Below are positions 17,945-25,381 of a stretch of DNA of 53,357 nucleotides, piece by piece (position 1 is the stretch's first letter; every line of letters starts with the position of its first letter). The notes beneath the pieces are model-generated. The model did not search any database and had not been told where the DNA came from. It saw nothing but the letters and a program-made list of their open reading frames with translations. The DNA is from Anaerolineae bacterium (GTDB lineage Bacteria > Chloroflexota > Anaerolineae > B4-G1 > SLSP01): assembly GCA_016931315.1 (NCBI GenBank), contig JAFGFB010000091.1, forward strand, positions 1 through 53,357, written 5' to 3'. The position numbers were made by a program, and so were the translations under genes.

Positions 17945-18118
17945 CCCGGTGGGTGCGTTTCAACTTGGGGGAAAAAGCAAGCCGATTATCATGCAAATGC
18001 CTTTCTTTGAGTGATTTTTAGCAGCGGGGCAAAGCCCCGCTGCTAAAAATCACCTTTTTATGCGCCCCGTAGGGGCGCTTGAGATTGTCGCCCCAGATTT
18101 GGAACGCACCCTACCCGG
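17945..18118 (+). repeat. Full-length copy B (used as reference) of the hairpin-centred, TIR-bounded intergenic element
   Basis: TIRs are CCCGGTGGGTGCGTTTCAA (17945-) and TTGGAACGCACCCTACCCGG (-18118). The central palindrome at 18011-18053 has 20-nt arms and an AAA loop. A second hairpin GCGCCCC-GTA-GGGGCGC lies at 18062-18078. Confidence 0.8.
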
Positions 18119-18223
18119 TCGCAGACTTGCTTTTCTTGGCAGTTGGGGTGAAAATAGACCTTAAAGACTGCTCATTGCTGAGATGGAATTAGCATTCTCA
18201 TAAGTTCATACAGGAGGACGAAA

Positions 18224-19204
18224 ATGTTCGATTTTAAACTCGGCGCTGATCTTTCAAAAAGTGATTCTGGCAGCGAACGCTACGATCTCATTATTGTAGG
18301 TGGTGGCCCTTCTGGATTGACCGCCGCGATTTACGCGGCTCGCGACGGTATCAAGACGCTGGTCATCGAAAAATCTGCGGTCGGTGGTCTGGCTGCGACG
18401 ACAGATCGCATTGAAAACTATCCCGGCTTTCCTGAAGGAATCGCGGGTTCTGATTTGATGGATTTGTTTCAGAAGCAGGCTGTCCGCTTCGGCGCGGAGA
18501 TTCTGGAGTTTGAGGAAGTGAACCGCATTGAGCCGGTGCGCAAGGGCTTACTGTGCGTACACACTGCCTCAGATGAGGTTTTTGAGGCAAAGTTGGTTAT
18601 GCTGGCTACGGGCAGCAAACCCAAGAAACTCAACATTCCCGGTGAGGATGACTTCTACGGGCGTGGCCTCTCCTATTGCGCCACTTGTGATGGTCCCCTT
18701 TTTCGGGATAAGGATGTCGTTGTTATCGGTGCCGGTAATTCGGGATTGCAGGAAGGCCTCAATCTGCTTAACTACGCCAAGAGCGTCACCTTTATTGAAT
18801 TCCTGCCTTATTCGATTGCCGAGAAGATTCTACAAGAGCGGACGATGAATCACCCCAAGAGCACCTTCTATTTCAATCATCAGGTGATGGAGATCAAGGG
18901 AGATAAAATGGTGACCGCGGTTGTGATGAAGAACCGCGCCACCGGCGAAGTGATTGAGTTTCCCACCGAAGGGGTTTTCATCTATGTCGGTTACAGCCCT
19001 GATACGAAGTTCCTGGGCGATTTGGTGGAGATGAATCAGTGGGGCTATATCAAGACCGATGCTCACATGGGGACCGGGGTTGAGGGTTTAATGGCAATTG
19101 GTGATGTTCGAGCGAATAACGTGGCACAGGTGACGGTTGCTGTAAGTGATGGTACCAAGGCAGCGCTTGCTGCGCGTGAATATCTAGCAAAACTGGAGGA
19201 GTGA
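18224..19204 (+). CDS. trxB: Thioredoxin-disulfide reductase
   Basis: Motifs 'YDLIIVGGGPSGLTAAIYAAR', redox-active 'CATCDG' and 'VVVIGAGNSGLQEG'. AGGAGG lies 6 nt upstream. Confidence 0.9.
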   Translation: MFDFKLGADLSKSDSGSERYDLIIVGGGPSGLTAAIYAARDGIKTLVIEKSAVGGLAATTDRIENYPGFPEGIAGSDLMDLFQKQAVRFGAEILEFEEVNRIEPVRKGLLCVHTASDEVFEAKLVMLATGSKPKKLNIPGEDDFYGRGLSYCATCDGPLFRDKDVVVIGAGNSGLQEGLNLLNYAKSVTFIEFLPYSIAEKILQERTMNHPKSTFYFNHQVMEIKGDKMVTAVVMKNRATGEVIEFPTEGVFIYVGYSPDTKFLGDLVEMNQWGYIKTDAHMGTGVEGLMAIGDVRANNVAQVTVAVSDGTKAALAAREYLAKLEE

Positions 19205-19206
19205 CC

Positions 19207-19596
19207 ATGTTACGACGGAACGTCGGTGATCTGGAGCGGCTTCTGCGCGTGATTCTTGGCATCTATGCCATGCTATTAGGCTTTCTCTTCATCTCTGGGC
19301 TGATCGGGAATTTGCTCGGCTTCATCGGGCTGTTGGTCTTCATCACCGGAGCGGTCGGTTGGTGTGGTATCTACGCCCTGATGGGGCGCGAGTTGCCTCG
19401 GGCAGCTGTGTCTGAGCCAGACCAGGCTCCCGAAGAGACTGGCATTGGGACCGGTTCACTGGCTGAAGAGGAGAAGCTCTCGAGCGTCTCGACGCTGGGG
19501 GAGGAGGATTTTACAGATGCCCGGCCCGAATTGTCTGATCCTCTTCTGGTGGAGCCAATTGAGCCGCAACCGACTGACGAGTCTCAAGCCGCGTAG
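19207..19596 (+). CDS. DUF2892 (YgaP-like) small membrane protein with an acidic C-terminal tail
   Basis: 'LLRVILGIYAMLLGF..ITGAVGWCGIYALMG' is typical of DUF2892. ATG 19207 lies 6 nt after GGAGGA. The alternative start, GTG 19201, overlaps the trxB stop codon. Confidence 0.65.
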   Translation: MLRRNVGDLERLLRVILGIYAMLLGFLFISGLIGNLLGFIGLLVFITGAVGWCGIYALMGRELPRAAVSEPDQAPEETGIGTGSLAEEEKLSSVSTLGEEDFTDARPELSDPLLVEPIEPQPTDESQAA

Positions 19597-19645
19597 CACC
19601 GCTCTGGAGTCTATATCTTTTTCTGACGATAACTGAGGAGGACCC

Positions 19646-19975
19646 ATGTTCGTCAAATTCGCTTCCGAAGTGCCACTTGAGCCTGCTCAGGAGGGCATTG
19701 GCATTCGTTGGCTCATCGCGGCGAAGGATGGCGCGCCAAACTTCGCCATGCGGGTGATTGAGGTCGAACCGGGAGTGACCTTCGCGCCACATGCGCACCC
19801 CTGGGAGCATGAGATTTATGCGCTGGAAGGTGAGGGTTTGTTGCTCAGTCCCGATGGTGAACGGCCGCTTCTGCCGGGACGGGCGATTTTCATCCCCCCA
19901 GACGAGCTGCATGGCTATCGCAATACAGGTGAGAAGACGCTGAAATTCATCTGCGTCATCCCTCATACCAAATAA
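19646..19975 (+). CDS. Cupin-domain protein
   Basis: Cupin motifs 'PHAHPWEHEIYALEGEG' and 'PPDELHGYRNTG'. GAGGAGG lies upstream. Confidence 0.75.
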   Translation: MFVKFASEVPLEPAQEGIGIRWLIAAKDGAPNFAMRVIEVEPGVTFAPHAHPWEHEIYALEGEGLLLSPDGERPLLPGRAIFIPPDELHGYRNTGEKTLKFICVIPHTK

Positions 19976-19992
19976 AGTTGGAGGATAAAATT

Positions 19993-20454
19993 ATGGCAAA
20001 GGCAAAAGTAACGTGGATTGGTCCGGCACTTCGCCTCACTGGTGAGGCAAATGATGGACCGGCGATTATCATTGATGGCGTCAGGCCGCCGACTGGTACG
20101 CATTCCGGACCTGCACCCATGGAGCTGATATTGCTGAGTGTTGCCGGTTGCAGCGGCATGGATGTGATTTCGATTTTGAGCAAGAAGCGCCAACCATTCA
20201 CCGGCATGCAGGTTAACGTGACTGCTGAACAGGCGGATAAGCATCCGATGATTTACACCCACATTCATCTGGAATATGTGCTCTATGGGCAGGGCTTGAG
20301 TGGAGAAGCTGTGGAGCGCGCCATCGGGCTCTCTGAGGAGAAGTATTGTTCGGTGATGGCGATGTTGCGTCCAACCGTCAAGATTACACATAGCTATCGT
20401 GTTGTCGAGGACCAACCTCTACCCAATATGCCTGGTGGTAGCGCGGGCGAATAA
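19993..20454 (+). CDS. OsmC/Ohr-family peroxiredoxin-like protein
   Basis: 'GPAPMELILLSVAGCSGMDV' and 'EKYCSVMAM' carry the two conserved Cys. ATG 19993 follows GGAGGA; the track start is TTG 19978. Confidence 0.8.
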   Translation: MAKAKVTWIGPALRLTGEANDGPAIIIDGVRPPTGTHSGPAPMELILLSVAGCSGMDVISILSKKRQPFTGMQVNVTAEQADKHPMIYTHIHLEYVLYGQGLSGEAVERAIGLSEEKYCSVMAMLRPTVKITHSYRVVEDQPLPNMPGGSAGE

Positions 20455-20475
20455 ATCTGCCGCATGGCTGAATCT

Positions 20476-20506
20476 GCCCGTCGAAGGGAGCTTCGACGGG
20501 CATTTT
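20476..20506 (+). terminator. Rho-independent terminator after the OsmC gene
   Basis: 11-bp stem GCCCGTCGAAG pairs with CTTCGACGGGC around a 4-nt loop, followed by ATTTT. It lies inside the 5' end of the track ORF 20464.., which argues for a later start of that gene. Confidence 0.7.
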
Positions 20507-20535
20507 GTAACTTGTTCTTTTGGGTGGAGGAGCTG

Positions 20536-21084
20536 TTGCGCCGTTTTCTTCCGGTATTATGTCTGCTAGGGTTTTTGATGCTTGCCGGCTGTCGTGCTAC
20601 GCAGCAGGAATCCGTTGCCGCTATCCAGGAACCCCTTAGCCCTCCTACCCTTGAGCATCCGCTGGCTGCCGACTTCCAGTTGACGACCCTTGATGGGGAT
20701 ACGGTCAGCCTGCAAGATTATCGTGGCAAGGTTGTGTTGCTCAATTTCTGGGCTACCTGGTGCCCTGCCTGCCGTTCGGAGATGGCTTCTCTCGAACTGT
20801 ACTATCAAGCGCACCAGGCAGAAGGCCTGGTTGTTTTGGGTGTTAATTACCAGGAGGACTCAAATAGCGTGGCCTCTTTTGTGGCTGATGCGGAGCTCTC
20901 TTTTCCGGTGTTGTTGGATACAGCAGGTAAAACGGCCACCGCCTACGGTGTCGTAGGATTGCCGGCTTCGTACTTCGTTGGCTGTCGCGGAGAGCTCCTG
21001 GGTTTTTGGCCTGGCGCCGTTTCTGCCAGCCTATTGGAGCAGCATCTGACGCCCTATCTGGGCGAGTGCCCGGAAACAGAATGA
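20536..21084 (+). CDS. TlpA/ResA-family thiol-disulfide oxidoreductase, lipoprotein
   Basis: 'WATWCPACRSEM' is present. A TTG start at 20536 gives a lipoprotein signal 'MRRFLPVLCLLGFLMLAGC'. The exact start is uncertain; the track gives ATG 20464. Confidence 0.75.
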   Translation: MRRFLPVLCLLGFLMLAGCRATQQESVAAIQEPLSPPTLEHPLAADFQLTTLDGDTVSLQDYRGKVVLLNFWATWCPACRSEMASLELYYQAHQAEGLVVLGVNYQEDSNSVASFVADAELSFPVLLDTAGKTATAYGVVGLPASYFVGCRGELLGFWPGAVSASLLEQHLTPYLGECPETE

Positions 21085-21114
21085 TACGTTGGAAAGATAT
21101 TTGTGGAGCATATC

Positions 21115-21564
21115 ATGACCGATGAGAATGTGCAAAAACCTGGCGCCTGGCGCGTTTTTTGGAAGGAGAATTGGCTGGTTATCCTGGTGGTCTTGGGGTT
21201 GGCCCTGGCTTACCTGATTTTGCACACCCCGCGCCAGACTTTTGCTTCAACCGAGGCGTTGCAGGCGCAGCTGCAAACCGGGCGTCCGGTGCTGGTGGAG
21301 TTCTACTCCAATTCATGCAGCATTTGCCTGATTTCTAAACCCAAAGTGGACCGTCTGGAAGCCGAACTGCAAGATTACGCCACTGTTTTGCGCCTGGATG
21401 TCAAAGACCCTATTGTGCAGCCCTTGGCATCCGCCTGGCGGGTTTACGGCGTGCCCACCTTTTTTGTCGTTGCTGGGGATGGGACCCCAACCTATGGGCG
21501 CGCGGGCGCACCCAATATTGAGGAGCTGCAAGCCGCAGTGATGGCTCTGGTGGATGCCGAGTGA
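21115..21564 (+). CDS. Membrane-anchored thioredoxin-fold protein (CxxC = CSIC)
   Basis: One TM 'WLVILVVLGLALAYLIL', then 'VLVEFYSNSCSICL' and '..VYGVPTFFV'. ATG 21115 lies 6 nt after GGAG; the track start is GTG 21103. Confidence 0.7.
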   Translation: MTDENVQKPGAWRVFWKENWLVILVVLGLALAYLILHTPRQTFASTEALQAQLQTGRPVLVEFYSNSCSICLISKPKVDRLEAELQDYATVLRLDVKDPIVQPLASAWRVYGVPTFFVVAGDGTPTYGRAGAPNIEELQAAVMALVDAE

Positions 21565-21571
21565 GGATTCT

Positions 21572-21700
21572 GGGAGGACGTTTCAACTCCGGGGTAAAGT
21601 AAAGGCGGCTATCCTGTAAATACTTGCCCTTGGTTGATTTTTCGCGGCGGGGTTTTGCCCCGCCGCGAAAAATCAACCATCTTCGAAACGCGCCCGCTAC
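21572..21700 (+). repeat. Copy D of the hairpin element (short form lacking the second hairpin)
   Basis: Left end GGGAGGACGTTTCAACTCCGGGG, right end TTCGAAACGCGCCCGCTAC. The central palindrome at 21631-21679 has 22-nt arms and a TTTTG loop. Confidence 0.7.
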
Positions 21701-21721
21701 TTGCAGCCTACTGAATCGGGC

Positions 21722-22030
21722 TTAGAACTGAAAGCCGCCTCGGAGTGGCACAACGCGATAGCGATAATCCTTGATAAATGCGGCAAGCTTGCGCCGTAAC
21801 TTTGCCCAGGTATCCGAATTCAGAAAAGTCCTCAGGGTATCCAAATCGTCGGCGATGAAACCCATGGTCACCTCAGGCCAATTCCCATAAATGGTATACC
21901 ATGCCTCGGAGGGTTGCAGGTGCGCTTTGATCATGGATTCGGGGAACTCCTGGGTAATAAATTGCAGGTACGACTCCTCCCGGCCTGAGCGAATATTCCA
22001 ACTCATGAGCAGTTTGACGGGCTTGTTCAT
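21722..22030 (-). CDS. Small conserved hypothetical protein (102 aa)
   Basis: Clean ORF with no TM segment and no motif I recognise. It lies 21 nt downstream of the TPR gene on the same strand. Confidence 0.5.
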   Translation of the reverse strand: MNKPVKLLMSWNIRSGREESYLQFITQEFPESMIKAHLQPSEAWYTIYGNWPEVTMGFIADDLDTLRTFLNSDTWAKLRRKLAAFIKDYRYRVVPLRGGFQF

Positions 22031-22051
22031 ACAGATTTATCTTTCCTGGAG

Positions 22052-22834
22052 TTATTCCGGCAATAACTCCAGCAATTCCTGAGCTTGCTGTGCCCAGACC
22101 TCTGGGGGATTGGCTGCCAGGCAGCGCTCCAGCATTTCTCGCGCGCCATCGAAGTTGTTCGTCAGGGCGTAGATGCGCCCCAATGCGAACAACGCTTCTG
22201 GCATTTCTGGCGCTGTGGCAACCGCCTCCTCGAGGACTTCTATGGCTTGTGTCAGGTTTCCCTCTAATAGATGGACATTCCCCAGACCGACCAACACTTC
22301 TACCTTACCCGGAGCCAGCTCCCAGGCACGCTCGAATTCCTCGCGTGCCAATTCCAGTTTCTCTTGTACCGGAGCCGAGCTTTCATCTGTCGGGAGCGAT
22401 TGTAGCAAGTACGCGGCCCCGAGCTGATAGTGGGTATCGGGATCGTCGGGTTCGATTTCCAGCGCCACCTTGAATTCGTTGACCGCGGTCTCAAGGTCTT
22501 CCATCTGGATGGCAAGCGCCCCCAGATTGTGATGGACTGCGGCGGCGCGCTCTGGGTCCAGTTCCAGGGTGTGGTTGAAGATTTCCCGTGCCTTTTCATA
22601 CGCGCCGGTTTTGAAATAGGCTACTCCTAACAGAAAATGCGCCTCGGCATTCTCCGGCTCTTGTTTCACCGCTGCTTCCAAGGCTTTGAGCGCTGCATTG
22701 ACTTCTCCAGCATCCATCTGCGCCTGAATCGCTTCAAGGTCCACCGGCGTCACGGCTTCCTGTGTGTTACAGCTCGCCAACAGGTTGAGCACCATCAAGA
22801 TTGCCAATCCCCTCAACAACAATCGTTTGAACAT
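22052..22834 (-). CDS. TPR-repeat lipoprotein
   Basis: Signal peptide and lipobox 'LMVLNLLASC', followed by multiple 34-aa TPR-like units ('AEAHFLLGVAYFKTGAYEKA', 'PDTHYQLGAAYL'..). Confidence 0.75.
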   Translation of the reverse strand: MFKRLLLRGLAILMVLNLLASCNTQEAVTPVDLEAIQAQMDAGEVNAALKALEAAVKQEPENAEAHFLLGVAYFKTGAYEKAREIFNHTLELDPERAAAVHHNLGALAIQMEDLETAVNEFKVALEIEPDDPDTHYQLGAAYLLQSLPTDESSAPVQEKLELAREEFERAWELAPGKVEVLVGLGNVHLLEGNLTQAIEVLEEAVATAPEMPEALFALGRIYALTNNFDGAREMLERCLAANPPEVWAQQAQELLELLPE

Positions 22835-22854
22835 CGCTCGTTCTCCTGATTTGA

Positions 22855-23517
22855 TTATGCCCCGTTACCTTTTTGCGGCTCCAGCAAAATAATCTGTGTT
22901 TCTTCCGGCATGGCGGTGGAGGTCAGCTTGAGACTGGTCTGGATATCAGGATTGGTCACCCCCATCTCCTTGAGAAAGCGGTCCACCGGTTGGCGCTCAA
23001 GCGCCAGGCCAGGGGTTTTGTAGTTCATCGGGATGACAATATTCGGTTCAATGAGGCTCACGACTTCCGATGCCATAGATGGCGTTAGTCCATTGGGAAT
23101 CCCCACCGGGACTAACAATACATGGACGGTCCCCAGTCCCTCGATGCGCGATTGGCTGGGTACGTGCCCCAATTCTCCCAGATGACAGACAGTAAATGCC
23201 CCCAAATCATAGGTGTGAATGATATTTTGACCGTGTTCTGCGCCTTTTTGGCGATCACGGAATGAAGGGATTGCCGTGATAAAGATTCCTCCGATTTCGT
23301 ATTCGCCAGGACTTGCCAGCGTGCGCGTTGGACCGCGAAAGCGTGCCCAAGCTACTTCGCGTGGGTCCTCCACGGGTTGGCTCAGGGTCACAATTTCTGC
23401 CCGGGCGCGCGGCAAGGCATAGCCGCTGGTTTCCTCATCGAAAGGGTCGGTGATGATGGCGGGGTAGCCCCGCTCGATAATGCGAAAACAGCCTAGTCCA
23501 TACCACGAGATTTCCAT
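22855..23517 (-). CDS. MBL-fold (UPF0173/Lactamase_B_3-like) protein with a degenerate metal-binding motif
   Basis: 'MEISWYGLGCFRI..IITDPF' matches the family N-terminus. The HxHxDH position reads 'TLSQPVEDP'. ATG 23517 lies 6 nt after AAGGAG; the track start is TTG 23532. Confidence 0.55.
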   Translation of the reverse strand: MEISWYGLGCFRIIERGYPAIITDPFDEETSGYALPRARAEIVTLSQPVEDPREVAWARFRGPTRTLASPGEYEIGGIFITAIPSFRDRQKGAEHGQNIIHTYDLGAFTVCHLGELGHVPSQSRIEGLGTVHVLLVPVGIPNGLTPSMASEVVSLIEPNIVIPMNYKTPGLALERQPVDRFLKEMGVTNPDIQTSLKLTSTAMPEETQIILLEPQKGNGA

Positions 23518-23689
23518 CCATTGCTCCTTCAAAAGCAGGACTCACTGCGCGATGCGATAAAACCGGCTTTGAGCAGCCCTTGTTCGGCGCTCACCTTGTG
23601 TATTTGCAGAATGTGTCGTGCAATACCTGTGTCTTCAGATTATACTCAAAGGCGTAGAAATGGGAAATTTGTTAGCGGTTGCGTACCGC

Positions 23690-24943
23690 TCAGCAACCCT
23701 GGGTGCTCAGCTTGCGTCGCAGTCGGGCTTCGCGATGACGTAGTTCCCCAAGGATTTCTTCGCGCGCGATGCCGCGGGTCAGTGTGCCCGCGCGCTCGAG
23801 CGCGCGTTCGGTTTCACGCAGCGCTGCGACTGGGTCGCGCCTTAGCCACTCGAAAACCTTGGCGCGCTCAATCAACGGCTCGATAGCACGGGGCAGGCGA
23901 TTCGCCCAGCATTCCCAAATCTCCAGTGCGGCTTCCCATTCGCCGTTCTGTTTTCGGCGGTGCGCCAGCGTTTGCCATAGACGTGTTGCCACATCCGTAG
24001 GGAGCGTGTCCTCTTCGAGTGCTCGCTGCCAGGCAGTCTCGGCCTCCTGAATCTGACCGGCACGTTCGTAGAGCCGCCCTATGCCTACCCATTCCCCCGC
24101 TGCCAGGGCGAATGTCTCGGGCGCTTGCATACGCTGAGCGCAGTGCACGAGCAGTGTCACCATGCTAAGAACATCCACTTCGTTGTGGTAAAAGATGCGC
24201 CGAATTTCATCCGTGCGCCCGGTGAGAAGATATTCGCGATAGGCGCTGGGAATCAACCACGAGGGCAGGTCAGTCTCGGTGCGGTTGATGCCGAGAAGTT
24301 CCGTTTCCAACATTCCCAATCGCCGTGAGGGAAGGTGTTCTCGCCAGAGCAGTCGCGCTACCGTGAGTAGATCCAGATGGGGTAGGGTACCCCAACCCGG
24401 TACCATTCGCTGTAGGATAAAGCGACTTTCCAGGAGTGGCAGATCAAAGCCTGCGCCGTTGAAGGTGACTAAGCCGGTGCAGCCTTGCAGCAGGTTGGCA
24501 AGATAATCCAGGGCTGCCGGTTCCTCATCGGGGTCGCGTAGGAAAACCAGGTGAAGGGTGATTCCATCGCTTTCCCAGACGCCGACCCCCGTGAGAAACA
24601 CCAGGGTGCCCGCGCCGCCTGCCAACCCGGTGGTTTCGGTGTCGAGAAACGCGATTCGCGTACCCAGGTTTGCGCCACCAAGCAACGCGAGCGCTTGTCG
24701 GTCAAGATTTGCCAGCTCTCCCAGCCTGTAATGGCCATGATAAGTTGCCGCTGGGTAATGGCGTCGCCATATCCAGGCGTTGCCGCGAGGCGTGTTGATT
24801 TCCCCCCCTGGAAGAGGCGCTTTCGAAGTCGTCGAGGGCGCTGCAAGCATTTCAACAGGCTGTTGCATGCTGGCAGGTTTAAGGTTTTGCACACCTTTGA
24901 CCGCACCCAGACGGCGGAGTTTGCGTTGTAAACTGGCATCCAT
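23690..24943 (-). CDS. RNase H-like (YprB-type DEDD exonuclease fold) domain protein with a C-terminal TPR-like helical region
   Basis: Motifs 'IAFLDTETTGL', 'VTFNGAGFDLPLLESRF' and 'YHNEVDVLSM'. The C-terminal helical repeats are rich in W, A and E. Confidence 0.7.
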   Translation of the reverse strand: MDASLQRKLRRLGAVKGVQNLKPASMQQPVEMLAAPSTTSKAPLPGGEINTPRGNAWIWRRHYPAATYHGHYRLGELANLDRQALALLGGANLGTRIAFLDTETTGLAGGAGTLVFLTGVGVWESDGITLHLVFLRDPDEEPAALDYLANLLQGCTGLVTFNGAGFDLPLLESRFILQRMVPGWGTLPHLDLLTVARLLWREHLPSRRLGMLETELLGINRTETDLPSWLIPSAYREYLLTGRTDEIRRIFYHNEVDVLSMVTLLVHCAQRMQAPETFALAAGEWVGIGRLYERAGQIQEAETAWQRALEEDTLPTDVATRLWQTLAHRRKQNGEWEAALEIWECWANRLPRAIEPLIERAKVFEWLRRDPVAALRETERALERAGTLTRGIAREEILGELRHREARLRRKLSTQGC

Positions 24944-25009
24944 GCCTGTATCATACCACAGCTTGCCAATGGGTAACTGTTCAGACTTCCGTCGTGGGGC
25001 ACAAATTTC

Positions 25010-25096
25010 GGGCTAAAGCCCGCTATAAGGAGTGTTTTTGGCTGACGCGCTCGCGTGTCAGCCAAAAACACTCTCTAAAATCGCGGCTTTAGCCGC
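25010..25096 (-). repeat. Variant member of the hairpin repeat family
   Basis: Mini hairpin GGGC-TAAA-GCCC (25010-25021). Long hairpin at 25030-25073 with 17 perfect bp, GAGTGTTTTTGGCTGAC pairing with GTCAGCCAAAAACACTC. Mini hairpin GCGGC-TTTA-GCCGC at 25083-25096. Confidence 0.6.
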
Positions 25097-25148
25097 TCTT
25101 CATTGTGGTAAGCGGGAGAATGCTGAACAATTACCTGCAGGGTGAACC

Positions 25149-25176
25149 TTGTCAAATCGTCTGTCTGTGCTATAAT
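25149..25176 (+). promoter_or_regulatory. Putative promoter of tRNA-Gly
   Basis: TTGTCA (25149-25154), a 16-nt spacer, then TGC-TATAAT (extended -10, 25168-25176). It lies about 20 nt upstream of the tRNA 5' end. Confidence 0.55.
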
Positions 25177-25197
25177 CTTTAATACTAAAGTGAAATT

Positions 25198-25269
25198 GCG
25201 GGTATAGTTCAGTGGTAGAACGCTTGCTTCCCAAGCAAGATGTCAAGGGTTCGAATCCCTTTACCCGCT
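25198..25269 (+). tRNA. tRNA-Gly (anticodon CCC)
   Basis: Hand-folded cloverleaf: acceptor GCGGGTA/TACCCGC, D arm GTTC-AGTGGTA-GAAC, anticodon arm CTTGC-TTCCCAA-GCAAG, T arm AAGGG-TTCGAAT-CCCTT. 72 nt; CCA is not encoded. Confidence 0.9.
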
Positions 25270-25271
25270 CA

Positions 25272-25304
25272 ACCGTCCGGCAAGAAATTGCCGGACGGTT
25301 TTTC
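25272..25304 (+). terminator. Rho-independent terminator after tRNA-Gly
   Basis: 11-bp stem ACCGTCCGGCA pairs with TGCCGGACGGT around a 6-nt loop, followed by TTTTCG. Confidence 0.75.
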
Positions 25305-25347
25305 GTTGTCTGACTCACGGGCGATTCAGGTAATGCTCTCCGTAAAG

Positions 25348-25375
25348 TTGACATCGCTTAAAAAGACTATATAAT
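25348..25375 (+). promoter_or_regulatory. Putative sigma70-type promoter of the LacI-family regulator / GH94 operon
   Basis: TTGACA (25348-25353), a 16-nt spacer, then TATAAT (25370-25375). Confidence 0.5.
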
Positions 25376-25381
25376 GAAATT

